Below are positions 20,589-30,643 of a stretch of 64,000 nucleotides of DNA, piece by piece (the stretch's first letter is position 1; every line of letters begins with the position of its first letter). The translations under genes were made by a program, and so were the position numbers. The DNA comes from a virus, in IMG/VR virus record IMGVR_UViG_3300009184_000033, positions 32,001-96,000 of that record. One strand, 5' to 3'. Under the pieces are notes generated by a model. The model was not told the DNA's origin and searched no databases. It saw nothing but the letters and a program-made list of their open reading frames with translations.

Positions 20589-21324
20589 CTTTTCTCCCTG
20601 AGTCCTCGAGGTAAATTTCTCTCTGAACGTCCTTGTACAGCCGCCTTATCATCGACATTGATGACGAAAGCTGTTTGGAATTCAGGCCAGAAATGTCTCT
20701 CACATAGACATAAATAGCCCTCTTGTTCAAAAAGTCTAGATTGTCTAGGTTCTCGTGGACAGTTATGACGGCGTTAATGCAGGACACATCATTTTCGCTC
20801 TCGACACGGCTCTTGATACCGTGGAGGATACGCATGATCTCACCTCGCTTCTCGCGGTCGATCATGACATCATCAGGCGACGGTGAGATCTGACTGCTGG
20901 CTATCAGGTACTCATCTCTCTTCGAGAGCCTATCGGTGTCGTTGATGCTGACGTGATTATCGCGGTTCTTTTTCTTCCGGCGAGAGTTCAAGATCAGCCA
21001 GTTCTTTGCCACAACGTTGAAGTATGAGAAGGCCTTGGTGCCTCTTGAGCTGTCGAACTTGTGAAGTGTCTCATACAGGAATGAGACGCAGTCGTTCTTG
21101 AGCACTGAAAAGCTGTCATCTCTGGAGAATCCATAGATGAGGATCAGGTTCTCAACCAGCGTATTGAACGCTGGCATGATCTGCTGTTCGTAAACAACTG
21201 CCCTTGCGAGGTGGTCTGGAGTATTTTGGAACTCCACTATCCCCTGCTGGGTCTTGCTGTCAAAGTAGAAATTAGGACCGTCTGTCCCTGACTTCTTGGA
21301 GCGCCTAGTTCTTTTCTTCAGCAT
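20575..21324 (-). CDS. Phage RNA polymerase sigma factor (gp55-like, probably late)
   Basis: Region-2-like segment DCVSFLYETLHKFDSSRGTKAFSYFNVVAKNWL and a C-terminal helical segment. Sits at the head of the baseplate operon. Confidence 0.75.
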   Translation of the reverse strand: MLKKRTRRSKKSGTDGPNFYFDSKTQQGIVEFQNTPDHLARAVVYEQQIMPAFNTLVENLILIYGFSRDDSFSVLKNDCVSFLYETLHKFDSSRGTKAFSYFNVVAKNWLILNSRRKKKNRDNHVSINDTDRLSKRDEYLIASSQISPSPDDVMIDREKRGEIMRILHGIKSRVESENDVSCINAVITVHENLDNLDFLNKRAIYVYVRDISGLNSKQLSSSMSMIRRLYKDVQREIYLEDSGRKDESR

Positions 21325-21631
21325 TTGAACCCTCCTCTAGTTGCACTTCCTCTACTTTGCCGATGAGGTTGGCGACCTTCAGAATGGCATCTCTACAGAT
21401 TCTGATGTCCTCAAGCACGGCTCGTACCTGCGGGCTATCGAAGAACAGTGGGATTTGCAGTATCTCAGAAATCGAAGCATATCTCTCATCTAAGATGTCA
21501 AGAGAAGATTCGATCCTGTCAACTATCTTGAGAATCATCAGGCCATGCTTATAGTTGAAGTACAGAGAAACTATCAGCAAAACCAGCAAAACGATACATA
21601 TCACGCTAAGAGATACAACAGTGCCCATCAT
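21305..21631 (-). CDS. Hypothetical membrane-anchored protein (108 aa)
   Basis: Hydrophobic N-terminal helix VVSLSVICIVLLVLLIVSLYF followed by a coiled-coil-like region. Confidence 0.65.
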   Translation of the reverse strand: MMGTVVSLSVICIVLLVLLIVSLYFNYKHGLMILKIVDRIESSLDILDERYASISEILQIPLFFDSPQVRAVLEDIRICRDAILKVANLIGKVEEVQLEEGSNAEEKN

Positions 21632-22782
21632 CTGAAGTACCGTCCTATCTCCCTGTCGTAGCTCTCAGAAATTGCGGCGTGAGAGAAATTTTTCCGGACC
21701 TTGTCACCGAGATCAATGGCCCATTCCTTCGGCACCGCGCTTGATTCTCTGAACTTAGTGACCTTCTTCTTGAACTCTTGTTCAGATACTGATGCCCACT
21801 TCATTCCAGGAACAAATATCGTTCCATCAATTTTGCTCTGGTGCACATCAGTCAGCTGGTTCTCAAGCTTCACAAACTTCCCAAGGTTCATGAAGTCAAG
21901 GTGTCCAGACCAGTTTGTGGCAATCACAGGAACATCGCTTGCAGCCGCTTCCAAGATGGGAAGACCAAATCCCTCGCCTCTTGTCGCTGTAATGAGGGCC
22001 TTGATCTTCTCATTCTTGTACAGAGATGCAACTTCAGAAGTAGTCATCTCGCCGTGAAGAAGGTGGAATCTAGGGAATGGACCCTGTCGAACTTCCTTAA
22101 GAAGCTGGCGTAACATGTTCTCAGTGTGCTTTCTATCAAGAGTGCAGTTGCTGCCATGGTTGGTCTTGATGATGATGCCAACCTTGGGATCATTTCTAAA
22201 CAGCTCGCAAAGCCACTTGATGGTGTAGAACGTGTTCTTTCGGTCGTTCTCAGGGTTGTTCCCAGTGATCTGTCCGAACATGAGAAAGTTGAAGTCAGTC
22301 TGGACATCGATATCAAGAGGATCTGGACTCTTGAGAATATCTTCTGGAAAGCACTCGTGGACCACGGAAATCGGAGTGTTGACCCTTCCAGTCCTCTCGA
22401 TTGTCGATTTGACGAACGTAGAGGGAACTACAACGTGGCTCATGTTGTTGCATGCTTCAAGCCACTGTGGGTTGCACTTATCAGTCTCAACAAAGGCTGA
22501 GAGTCCAATGTTTACCTTTGCGAGGCTTGGATCCCACTCATTTGGAAGCTGGAGCTGAACAGAGACGTCGAACTTTTCATTTATCGGCGCAGTCCTCTTC
22601 ATGATCTCGCCGATGAGTCCATCTTCCATGTCGGGGTTTATCATCCAGGGTGTGATTCCCCAGTTCAAGACCTGACAGCGGAGGTCAATTCCCTTTTGGT
22701 CAAGAAGCCAGCGGAAGACTTGCCTCGAGTGATTTCCGTAACCAGATAAGGTGAGCAGCGGTGCTCGGCACAGTACTTTCAC
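21628..22782 (-). CDS. Glycosyltransferase, GT4 family (GT-B)
   Basis: TRGEGFGLPILEAAASDVPVIATNWSGHLDF (Ex7E motif). Confidence 0.9.
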   Translation of the reverse strand: MKVLCRAPLLTLSGYGNHSRQVFRWLLDQKGIDLRCQVLNWGITPWMINPDMEDGLIGEIMKRTAPINEKFDVSVQLQLPNEWDPSLAKVNIGLSAFVETDKCNPQWLEACNNMSHVVVPSTFVKSTIERTGRVNTPISVVHECFPEDILKSPDPLDIDVQTDFNFLMFGQITGNNPENDRKNTFYTIKWLCELFRNDPKVGIIIKTNHGSNCTLDRKHTENMLRQLLKEVRQGPFPRFHLLHGEMTTSEVASLYKNEKIKALITATRGEGFGLPILEAAASDVPVIATNWSGHLDFMNLGKFVKLENQLTDVHQSKIDGTIFVPGMKWASVSEQEFKKKVTKFRESSAVPKEWAIDLGDKVRKNFSHAAISESYDREIGRYFR

Positions 22783-24032
22783 TTGACCTCCTTGAGATTC
22801 CAGCGGCTCTTCTTAGTAGTCTTCCAGTCTTCTACAGTCTTCTTTAGGGTCTCATGCCAAAGATCGACTGTCTTCTGGTAAGAGAATTCGCTCTTGACAT
22901 AGCTCTTGGCCTTTGTGCCGAGCTCACGCCTCTTGTCAAATCCCATGTCGTACATCTTCACAAGGGCTTGCGCGGTCTCATCGATATCGCAAAAGTCTTC
23001 ATAGATGTAGGGAACGTGCTGAGATCCTACAAGCGTCTTCTGCCGGATCTCTAGAGCGATTCCATTCTCAGATCCATCTCTGTGGTCTACAACTTGCCTT
23101 GTCAGGCCTCCAGTCTTTGCAGCAATGATTGGCCTGCCGCACTGCATGGCCTCTAACGTTGCTAGACCAAATCCCTCTGCGTAAGATATGTTGAGACAAC
23201 AGTCCGAAACATTGTGGAGGATGTTGATCTGCTCAAACCCGACGCGATCTGGAGAGAAGACTACGGTGTCTCTAAGCTCCAACTGCTCGGCGACCGAGTA
23301 GAGATTCGGGCCTTCCATGTCTTTTGGATCCGTGTGCATCACGAGAGTCGCTTTCGGATTTGCGTCTCCACGAGACTTGAGAATATCAAGCATCTTTTTC
23401 CAGGCCCAAAGCACGTCAGAAGGGCGCTTGCGCCTAGCATTCCTGTTCATCCAGAAAGTAACAAAGTGATCTTCTCTGGCAGGTCCAAGAATGTTTCTCT
23501 TGTGGATCTTGACCTGATCTTCTGGCATCTGATAGTAGACGGAATCAGGAAGAGCGTGGGGAATGAAGTTCGTCTTCTCAGGGAACTTTTCCCTGATGAG
23601 CTCATAAGTCATGTGAGAGTGGCAATTGATCAGATCAGTCGCCTCATAGAACGGCGAGTTGAACTCTGGATACGGGTGATTGTCCCATACATGCCACCAA
23701 ACGATCGGACAGACCTGGTGTACTTCATCTTCCATCTCAAAAAGCCAATAGAAGAACCTGGGGTCCGTGAACAGGAAGATGACATCTGGCTTTTCGGCAG
23801 CCAAAGTCTTCCTGATCAAATCTCTATCCCCAAATCCGTCTATTGGCTTTATGATGAAGTCTGGGTTGACCTGTATCGCGTCGTAGTTATCGTGCTTGAC
23901 CGCAGCGCCGAACTGTCTAACAGTCCACTCGCCCTTTGCAATCAGGCCGTTCACCAGGTGGCGGCTCTGAGTTCCCACGCCAGAAGTGCTCAGTGCGTGA
24001 TCAGACAAAAGTAGTATTTTCTTCTTGCTCAT
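22779..24032 (-). CDS. Glycosyltransferase, GT4 family (GT-B)
   Basis: SYAEGFGLATLEAMQCGRPIIAAKTGGL; N-terminal SGVG motif. Confidence 0.9.
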   Translation of the reverse strand: MSKKKILLLSDHALSTSGVGTQSRHLVNGLIAKGEWTVRQFGAAVKHDNYDAIQVNPDFIIKPIDGFGDRDLIRKTLAAEKPDVIFLFTDPRFFYWLFEMEDEVHQVCPIVWWHVWDNHPYPEFNSPFYEATDLINCHSHMTYELIREKFPEKTNFIPHALPDSVYYQMPEDQVKIHKRNILGPAREDHFVTFWMNRNARRKRPSDVLWAWKKMLDILKSRGDANPKATLVMHTDPKDMEGPNLYSVAEQLELRDTVVFSPDRVGFEQINILHNVSDCCLNISYAEGFGLATLEAMQCGRPIIAAKTGGLTRQVVDHRDGSENGIALEIRQKTLVGSQHVPYIYEDFCDIDETAQALVKMYDMGFDKRRELGTKAKSYVKSEFSYQKTVDLWHETLKKTVEDWKTTKKSRWNLKEVK

Positions 24033-24086
24033 ATTCCTCTAGAACCTTTGCAAAACTATCAATGGCTCTAGATGGTTTAAAGGAGA

Positions 24087-24884
24087 TCAAGTGCAATACT
24101 TAGTCTGATGGTAGTCACAGTACTTACAGGACTCTCGATTCTTCATGAAGAGTCCGCGCTTCACTGAGGCGATCATGTTGGCAACCATCTTCCTCGCCTT
24201 CTCTTCAACGGTTGGCCCGACCGAGACTGTGAACAGCTCACAGGAGCGTCCAGGCTTCACGCCCTTCTTGAGAAGAACATAGCCGCACTTCACGTCCTTT
24301 GACGGCAAAGACTTCTTGGCTCGCCAGAAAGACTTGTAGAGAGCGATCTGTGCCAGGACATTGAAGTCTCGGCGTTTGTCTGTGCTCCATCCACGGGCAC
24401 TGGAAGTCTTCCAGTCGATCACCCAGTAGACCCGACCCCGCTTGCCATCGCACTCAATGAGACCGTCGATGAATCCCTTGAACTTGATCTCCTGCCCAGG
24501 GATATCCTCATAGAGTGCATGCTCAGCCTCTATTGCGACCCAATTAGGAAAATTCTGATCAAGGAAAGCTGGAACTTCATCAAGGATCTGACGAGCCCAC
24601 TTGACCCAGCTGTCGACAAGTCCATTCTTCTTGGCGTCAGGAAGCTCATCAAACTTCTTCTCCGCCCACACGCGGCGAATCTCAGCCTCGACATTGTCAG
24701 GATTCATGGTCCTGGTTGTCAGGAAGTTCTCGAGCTCGGCGTGGACTATGGTTCCAAAGTCAAGATTGGGAGATGGCTTCGAAAGATCGACCTTGTCGAT
24801 CTGAGCCAGCTTGTGACGCCATGGACACTCCTTCCAGGTCTTGATTTCAGAGTAAGATACGTGTGGCTTTTGGGTTGGGAACAT
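24087..24884 (-). CDS. PD-(D/E)XK nuclease, Cas4/AddB-like with predicted 4-Cys Fe-S site
   Basis: SYSEIKTWKECP, GFIDGL...VIDWKT, QIALY, and C-terminal CKYCDYHQTKYC. Confidence 0.85.
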   Translation of the reverse strand: MFPTQKPHVSYSEIKTWKECPWRHKLAQIDKVDLSKPSPNLDFGTIVHAELENFLTTRTMNPDNVEAEIRRVWAEKKFDELPDAKKNGLVDSWVKWARQILDEVPAFLDQNFPNWVAIEAEHALYEDIPGQEIKFKGFIDGLIECDGKRGRVYWVIDWKTSSARGWSTDKRRDFNVLAQIALYKSFWRAKKSLPSKDVKCGYVLLKKGVKPGRSCELFTVSVGPTVEEKARKMVANMIASVKRGLFMKNRESCKYCDYHQTKYCT

Positions 24885-24889
24885 GCAAA

Positions 24890-24918
24890 ATCATATACCA
24901 ACGCAATCTCAATTTCAC
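24890..24918 (-). promoter_or_regulatory. Possible sigma70-like promoter for the Cas4-like gene
   Basis: GTGAAA-17 nt-TATGAT on the minus strand, 6 nt before the ATG. It contains TGGTATA, as does the helicase promoter. Confidence 0.35.
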
Positions 24919-24920
24919 AT

Positions 24921-25892
24921 TTACAGAGACTTTTTTGTGAGTTCAAGATCCGCTTCGTACATCAGCTTTGCCAGACTCTTGAACGTAGTCTTAGGAGTCC
25001 ATCCAAGCTTTTCCTTCGCCTTTGAGTAGTCGCCCTCAAGCCACGGAACCTCGTGTGGCCTCTTCAACCTGTCGTCAATCACAAGGTGCTCGTCCACATT
25101 GAGACCCGCAATATCAAACACTTCGTTCAGGAATTCTCTGACCGTGTGGGTCTCACCAGTTGCGACAACGTAGTCATCAGGCTTGTCCTGTTGGAGCATA
25201 AGCCACATCGCCTCAACGTAGTCCTTGGCATAGCCCCAGTCTCGTAGAGCGTCGAGGTTCCCAAGAGAGATCTTGTCCTGTAGGCCAAGCTTGATCCGCG
25301 CCGCCGCCAAGGTGATCTTGCGAGTCACAAAAGTCTCGCCACGCCGCGGACTCTCATGATTGAACAGAATACCAGAAGATGCGTGGATTCCGTAACCCTC
25401 ACGGTAGTTGCGAGTGAGACCATGCGCGAAGACCTTGGCGCAAGCATATGGTGAGGCTGGCATCAGACGAGTCTCCTCACTCTGAGGGTGCTCGGGATTA
25501 TCTCCGTACATCTCAGAAGAAGATGCCTGGTAAAATCTGCAGCTCGGCTGCATGGTCCTGATACATTCTAGCAGTCTCAAAGGACCAACAGCGACGGCAT
25601 CCACAGTCTCTTCTGGAACGTCAAAAGAAACTCGGACGTGAGACTGCGCAGCAAGATTGTAGACTTCATCGAACTTTTGATTCGAAAAGAGCCTGTAGAA
25701 AGATCCTGCATCATTCATGGAGCCATAGACAAGCTGAAAGTTCGGGTGCTTAAGCAGGTGATCAATTCGATCAGTCGCAAGAAGAGAAGTTCTCCTCTTC
25801 ATTCCAATAACTCTGTAGTCTTTCTCTAGAAGGAGCTCGGCGAGATAGCTCCCATCTTGCCCAGTGACTCCAGTGACTAGTGCAGTCTTCAC
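24921..25892 (-). CDS. gmd: GDP-mannose 4,6-dehydratase
   Basis: [64 protein letters not shown]. Confidence 0.97.
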   Translation of the reverse strand: MKTALVTGVTGQDGSYLAELLLEKDYRVIGMKRRTSLLATDRIDHLLKHPNFQLVYGSMNDAGSFYRLFSNQKFDEVYNLAAQSHVRVSFDVPEETVDAVAVGPLRLLECIRTMQPSCRFYQASSSEMYGDNPEHPQSEETRLMPASPYACAKVFAHGLTRNYREGYGIHASSGILFNHESPRRGETFVTRKITLAAARIKLGLQDKISLGNLDALRDWGYAKDYVEAMWLMLQQDKPDDYVVATGETHTVREFLNEVFDIAGLNVDEHLVIDDRLKRPHEVPWLEGDYSKAKEKLGWTPKTTFKSLAKLMYEADLELTKKSL

Positions 25893-26602
25893 GTTGAGTC
25901 CTTTGTGCGGTTAAAGATTTCTTGCTTGACAAACACTGTGTTTACTTGATCTCTATAGACTTCACTATAACCAGAATTCAAGATGAAGTTTCTTACTCTC
26001 TGCTCTCTTTCTACAATTTCACTGTATCTGGCAAAGTCTTTGTGCCCATCTTGAATCTCGCAAATCAGCATCTTGGGGTCTAGCTGCTTGAGATCGAAAG
26101 ATCTCAATACGCTTTCTTCGTAGCCTTCAACGTCGATCACGAGTAGATCAGCATTCTTCAAGCCAACGGCGTCTAAGATAGTTTCCAACCTATAGACTTG
26201 AACCTCTCTTACTCCAGAGAAATTCTGTTCCAAAGCTTCTTTAGCCCACGAGATCTCTTTGTAAGCTTCAAGATGGTCCTTGTCAAGTGTCGTGATGCTG
26301 GCTGCGACAGCAATTCTTGCTTTTGATTCGACTTCTCCAACAGCGCAACAAACTACTTTTATCTCAGGATTGTGAGAGTGATTCAAAGAGCAGGCACGAG
26401 CGTACTCAGAGACAGGCTCAACATATAGCCCTTTCCAGCCAAGCTTAGATAAGGCGTAAGTGTTGCTCCAGCTTATTCCATCATAAGCGCCGACCTCTAC
26501 AAAAACTGGGTCCTCACCAGCGTTTGGCAAGAGCCACTTATTGTATATCTGCTCCAAAGATTCAATCTGGCAATCATGAGGAACCTCAAGCTTAGTGTAC
26601 AT
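25889..26602 (-). CDS. FkbM-family SAM methyltransferase
   Basis: [15 protein letters not shown]...GLYVEP and [10 protein letters not shown]. Confidence 0.88.
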   Translation of the reverse strand: MYTKLEVPHDCQIESLEQIYNKWLLPNAGEDPVFVEVGAYDGISWSNTYALSKLGWKGLYVEPVSEYARACSLNHSHNPEIKVVCCAVGEVESKARIAVAASITTLDKDHLEAYKEISWAKEALEQNFSGVREVQVYRLETILDAVGLKNADLLVIDVEGYEESVLRSFDLKQLDPKMLICEIQDGHKDFARYSEIVEREQRVRNFILNSGYSEVYRDQVNTVFVKQEIFNRTKDST

Positions 26603-27524
26603 GGAATCCTCTTACGTTTGGATATCGATCTTGGAATTTTCTAATAGTCTCTTGAAGGCCTTCTCGAAGTGGTGTATACTCTGCTGACCAGCCAAGAGAC
26701 CTCAGCTTATCATTTGAAGACGGCTTCTCGTACTGTCCGTCAGGCTTTGAAGAGTCAAACTTGATGTGTCCCTCAAATCCGATTTCCTCTCCGATCATCA
26801 GAGAAAGATTTTCGATAGAGACCCAATCAGGGTTACCGATGTTGATAGGCTCCTCGCCATCATAGTTTTCCGCAAGCCACAGAATGATCTTGGCTGCGTC
26901 CCTGGCAAAAGTGAACTCACGGATTGGACGTCCAGATCCCCAGACAACGACTTCATTCCTGCCTGCCTGCATTGCCTCATGGAACTTCCGGATGAGAGCT
27001 GGAATGACATGACCACTGTTGAGATCGTAGTTGTCATTGATACCGTAGAGATTGTTTGGAATGACCGAGATGAAGTTGCACCCAAACTGCTGGCGATAAG
27101 CCCTGCTCTGGACCTCAAGCATCCTCTTTGCGTACGCATATCCAAAGTTCGATAGATGCGGAGGACCCATGTGAAGCTGATCCTCTGTGAGCGGGTACTT
27201 CACATAAGGCGCGTCTGGGTAGATGCAGGTCGAGAGCACAGAGACAAGCTTCAGCTTATTCACTCTGCAGGCATTCAGCACATTCATGTTCATCTTGACA
27301 TTGTCATCAAAGAAGTCAGCGACATAGTCAGTGTTAGCCTTCACACCTCCGACCCTTGCGGCACAGTGAATGACCGTGTCTACTCGTCCATCTTCCAGAG
27401 TGAGGATAGCATGATTCGAATCCGTGAGATCACATTCTCTCGAGCTGAGTCCAACGGAACCAGGAGACAGAGCAAGAATCTCGCTGCCAAGAAGTCCAGT
27501 TGCTCCTGTGACTAAATTTTTCAT
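26592..27524 (-). CDS. fcl: GDP-L-fucose synthase (epimerase/reductase)
   Basis: LVTGATGLLG, HCAARVGG, STCIYP, YAYAKR, PNNLYG.NDNY...HVIPALIRKF, REFTF. Start moved to ATG 27524, which gives an ATGA overlap with the upstream gene. Confidence 0.95.
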   Translation of the reverse strand: MKNLVTGATGLLGSEILALSPGSVGLSSRECDLTDSNHAILTLEDGRVDTVIHCAARVGGVKANTDYVADFFDDNVKMNMNVLNACRVNKLKLVSVLSTCIYPDAPYVKYPLTEDQLHMGPPHLSNFGYAYAKRMLEVQSRAYRQQFGCNFISVIPNNLYGINDNYDLNSGHVIPALIRKFHEAMQAGRNEVVVWGSGRPIREFTFARDAAKIILWLAENYDGEEPINIGNPDWVSIENLSLMIGEEIGFEGHIKFDSSKPDGQYEKPSSNDKLRSLGWSAEYTPLREGLQETIRKFQDRYPNVRGFHVH

Positions 27525-27751
27525 TTGATAAGGACCTCGTCGCCTGTCCAGACAGCGACTCCAAGACAAGCTAAGTTCCACTTTTTCACGTCACCCTCAA
27601 GCGAAGATTCACTCCAGGATGGGACTTTAATGTTGACTCCAGAAGCGCATCTCTCGACTCCGTCTTGGAAGATACGCCACACAAGATTGCTATTGCCATG
27701 CTTTGTGTTAAATCTGATCAAGAACTTGCTGGTAGCTATGTCATCTTTCAT
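27521..27751 (-). CDS. Small hypothetical protein (76 aa)
   Basis: ATGA-coupled at both ends. Confidence 0.6.
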   Translation of the reverse strand: MKDDIATSKFLIRFNTKHGNSNLVWRIFQDGVERCASGVNIKVPSWSESSLEGDVKKWNLACLGVAVWTGDEVLIK

Positions 27752-28395
27752 GGCGCAATCTCAAAGAGGTAATCTGCCCACCATCTGTCATCAGAGAAAT
27801 CATGAAACTCTCCTCTAGTCACTATGCCGTGGCTAGAACCAACTAAAATGTAACCAAACTGTTTGAGATATTCAGCTGCTGATTGTACTGTGTTGTCTGG
27901 AAGATCAGGGTAGATTTTCCCCTTCCTTGCGTCTTCTAGCTCTAGGGTTATCGATCCAATCTTCTGCGACCTGAGATAAGCCTCAAAGGTCTTCAATATT
28001 GTGAGATCTGCACCCTGGGCGTCTGTTATCAGAGTGTCTATCTGTTCGATTCCCTTAGACTGCAAATAAGCAGGATAGTTCACGCTTCTGACCTTCACAA
28101 CTTTGCCATTATGAAGATTTTCATGTGAACGATAGGGAAAATCTAAACTATTTCCCTTTGATATAGAGCTTGTGCCAAGGTCTGATCCACCTGAAAGCGT
28201 AAACTCAATCTCGCCATCATGAGTCCATGCTGCGGCAGTCATGACCTCGACATTTGGAATCTCATTAAGTCGCTTGTGAAGATCCGCATACTTCTCAAGA
28301 GGGTCAATCCCATAGTGCCTATCGAATCTTCCTGAGTTCACTAGCTCTATGAATGTAGAGCAATAAGATAGACCGATGTATACCAGATTCTTCAC
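27748..28395 (-). CDS. FkbM-like methyltransferase
   Basis: YGIDP, AAWTHDGEIEF, and IDTLITDAQGADL. Confidence 0.7.
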   Translation of the reverse strand: MKNLVYIGLSYCSTFIELVNSGRFDRHYGIDPLEKYADLHKRLNEIPNVEVMTAAAWTHDGEIEFTLSGGSDLGTSSISKGNSLDFPYRSHENLHNGKVVKVRSVNYPAYLQSKGIEQIDTLITDAQGADLTILKTFEAYLRSQKIGSITLELEDARKGKIYPDLPDNTVQSAAEYLKQFGYILVGSSHGIVTRGEFHDFSDDRWWADYLFEIAP

Positions 28396-28410
28396 GGCTA
28401 ATTCCTTTGT

Positions 28411-29091
28411 CTAGGCTTCAAAGAGAGGGCTAGTAATGTTCTCACTGGTGATCATGCACCACGAAGAACAGCTGGGGTTGGGGTCAAAATCTAATCTTCC
28501 GCCTTGAAATCGATGGGTAGCGCTGTACTTTGGCCAAACTGCGCCGGCAGAATTTAGAGTGTCAATTATGGAAGCAGACCTAATCTGTGCATTGCAGCCT
28601 TCGACTCTAGGATTCTTGAGGTCGTCAATCAGTATGACGTAATTCTTGTACTTTTGAGTTATTAGCTCAACTTCTCTTAGGACGGTTGGATCATCATCTT
28701 CATCAGAATGAGCGTCTAGCCAAAATACAGGAATAGCATCGCGGGGCACGGCCTTATCGATCTGCCCAAGAAAGCTCAAAGAGTCCGAGTGAGTTATCGA
28801 GACATTTTTGCGGACGGAACATTGCAAAGTTGCTGCTTCGTAGTTGCTCCTTGAGAGCTCGCAGCTATGTAAAATTGTCCCTGGAGAATTCAAAGAAACG
28901 TAGTCGCAGGTGATGCCTAAGTACGTTCCTGTCTCTACAAAGATGTCATAATGCCTCAAGAGCTTGATCATAAAATCACAGAGAATCGCGTCTCTATGAA
29001 ATCCAGAGATCCTCTCGTTACGAAACTCGATGCAAGAGTTTGTTCTCAGGAACTCTTGCGCGTCAAACGCCGCAATTGAAACAGAAGACAT
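28411..29091 (-). CDS. Class I SAM-dependent methyltransferase-like protein
   Basis: FVETGTYLG motif I, VFWLDAH, and ILIDD. Confidence 0.7.
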   Translation of the reverse strand: MSSVSIAAFDAQEFLRTNSCIEFRNERISGFHRDAILCDFMIKLLRHYDIFVETGTYLGITCDYVSLNSPGTILHSCELSRSNYEAATLQCSVRKNVSITHSDSLSFLGQIDKAVPRDAIPVFWLDAHSDEDDDPTVLREVELITQKYKNYVILIDDLKNPRVEGCNAQIRSASIIDTLNSAGAVWPKYSATHRFQGGRLDFDPNPSCSSWCMITSENITSPLFEA

Positions 29092-29757
29092 TCACTTACC
29101 GGTGCTTTGAAAGATTTCTAGTCCTGAGACGTCGTGGTACTTCCAAGAACCGCCACAGTCTTTGTTGTCGTCAGAGACCTCAAGGAACAGTTGAATTCCT
29201 CTAGCGGCCTGCTCGGGTGGCATGTACATGTTCCATCCCATCATCTGGATCTTGTCCTGATCGTAGGGCACAGTAATATCGCGCCCCTCGTACCGAGCAA
29301 GCTTGAACCAGTCATATGCTGCCTTGTCATTTGTCAGGATCATGCCGCCCTTTCCAATCGGCACTGTCTTCTTGATGTGGAAGGAAAGACAGTGGAATGT
29401 ATCCTGCACATACATCCCCTTGGTGAATCTCGTAGCTCCATCGACAATGTTGTATGGATCTAGCTTGTAGCACCCAGACCAATCGAAGTCGACAAAATCT
29501 GGAGTACAGCCAGCGTGTATGATAGTCTGTGGAACTGAGACATACGTGCGGGATGGAATTTTTATCTTGCCGCTAGCGTTGTTGTACCTGAGACAGAGAA
29601 ACAACGCGTCGGTGCAATTATCGACGCTTACAGCGTACTTGCTACCTGCGTAGTTAGCGACCATCTTCTCAAACGCATCAACAACGTCCCAGGGGTCATT
29701 GATGACAAACCCAAGACCCTCTAGCTTTGGCTTAATTTCCTCAATACTAGCGAACAT
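29092..29757 (-). CDS. DegT/DnrJ/EryC1/StrS-family PLP aminotransferase (short form)
   Basis: FEKMVANYAGSKYAVSVDNCTDAL, IVDGA, and SFHIKKTVPIGKGGMILT, which contains the PLP lysine. Confidence 0.85.
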   Translation of the reverse strand: MFASIEEIKPKLEGLGFVINDPWDVVDAFEKMVANYAGSKYAVSVDNCTDALFLCLRYNNASGKIKIPSRTYVSVPQTIIHAGCTPDFVDFDWSGCYKLDPYNIVDGATRFTKGMYVQDTFHCLSFHIKKTVPIGKGGMILTNDKAAYDWFKLARYEGRDITVPYDQDKIQMMGWNMYMPPEQAARGIQLFLEVSDDNKDCGGSWKYHDVSGLEIFQSTGK

Positions 29758-30643
29758 TCTCCTCCCACCAAAGCAACAGGTTCAAATACTGCAGCTCATG
29801 TTCCTTTAGTTTATCTCGAGAGATCAGAAGTTTAGCAAGCTGCTTAGATCTCACGGGAGATCTTGACTTCCAAACTTCTGACTGATCATCTATGGCGCCT
29901 GCAACGTGGTCTTTGGTCAGCGTGAAGCTCTCAGCAGATGGACTCAAGCCGTACGTCAAAGCACAATTTTGAGCGTCTCTAAACTTGTGCGGGAAATCCT
30001 TGTGGTGAGTCATCTGATTGAAGACTTTCCAGACTAGATCGACAACTGATTCGCTTCTAGCGACTCTCTCAGGGTGCGCAAAAGTATCGTGCTCGTGTCT
30101 GGTGTTCCTTACTCTTATGCTGTCAAAGCATACCTGCTTGTTCGGCGCAATCTTGTTGCCCAAATACTGGCAGAATAAGCTGACTCCGCCGCTTGCGTGG
30201 CAAACAAATGGAAAGACATTCTCCATGAACGACCGGTGATAGACATTAGTCTGTTGGTCGTAGTCGGTGATGCAGAACGCCTCTTTGCCTTCTGGATTTT
30301 CATAAACAATTTTTCCGCTACTGACTTCTTGGAAAGTAGCGCAAAGTGGCTTCCACTTCTCGAGGCAACGAAGAATCTCGCTGGCAGGATCTTCAGTGAT
30401 GAATTCCGTGTCATCATCTATGAAGATGTAGTACTCGTAGTTCTTCTGGACCACATCGTACAAGAATGTCCGACCCTCAGAAAATAGAAGCTTAGACTGG
30501 TAGAAGTCCGACGCAGGATCTTCAGGGGTGCTCCAGTTCAGTCTATAGAAGTCGCAAAAGTCACGCGTGAATAGCTCGCGCTTTTGGACTGACAGAGGGT
30601 CATTGACGTACCTTCCCTGCTCGAGTATGCAGAACTTTTTCAT
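29747..30643 (-). CDS. Putative GT-A fold glycosyltransferase (298 aa)
   Basis: YEYYIFIDDD (DxD) motif; glycan-island context. Confidence 0.5.
   Translation of the reverse strand: MKKFCILEQGRYVNDPLSVQKRELFTRDFCDFYRLNWSTPEDPASDFYQSKLLFSEGRTFLYDVVQKNYEYYIFIDDDTEFITEDPASEILRCLEKWKPLCATFQEVSSGKIVYENPEGKEAFCITDYDQQTNVYHRSFMENVFPFVCHASGGVSLFCQYLGNKIAPNKQVCFDSIRVRNTRHEHDTFAHPERVARSESVVDLVWKVFNQMTHHKDFPHKFRDAQNCALTYGLSPSAESFTLTKDHVAGAIDDQSEVWKSRSPVRSKQLAKLLISRDKLKEHELQYLNLLLWWEENVR

Noticed and set aside
24087-24884. CRISPR-Cas system suggested by the Cas4-like gene
   Set aside because: No repeat-spacer array or other cas genes were seen.
26592-27581. Longer tracked starts for fcl, the sulfotransferase (32102), the cupin (60127), 52885 and 62905
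   Set aside because: The extensions overlap upstream genes. Internal ATGs have stop-start coupling or a Shine-Dalgarno and match family N-termini.
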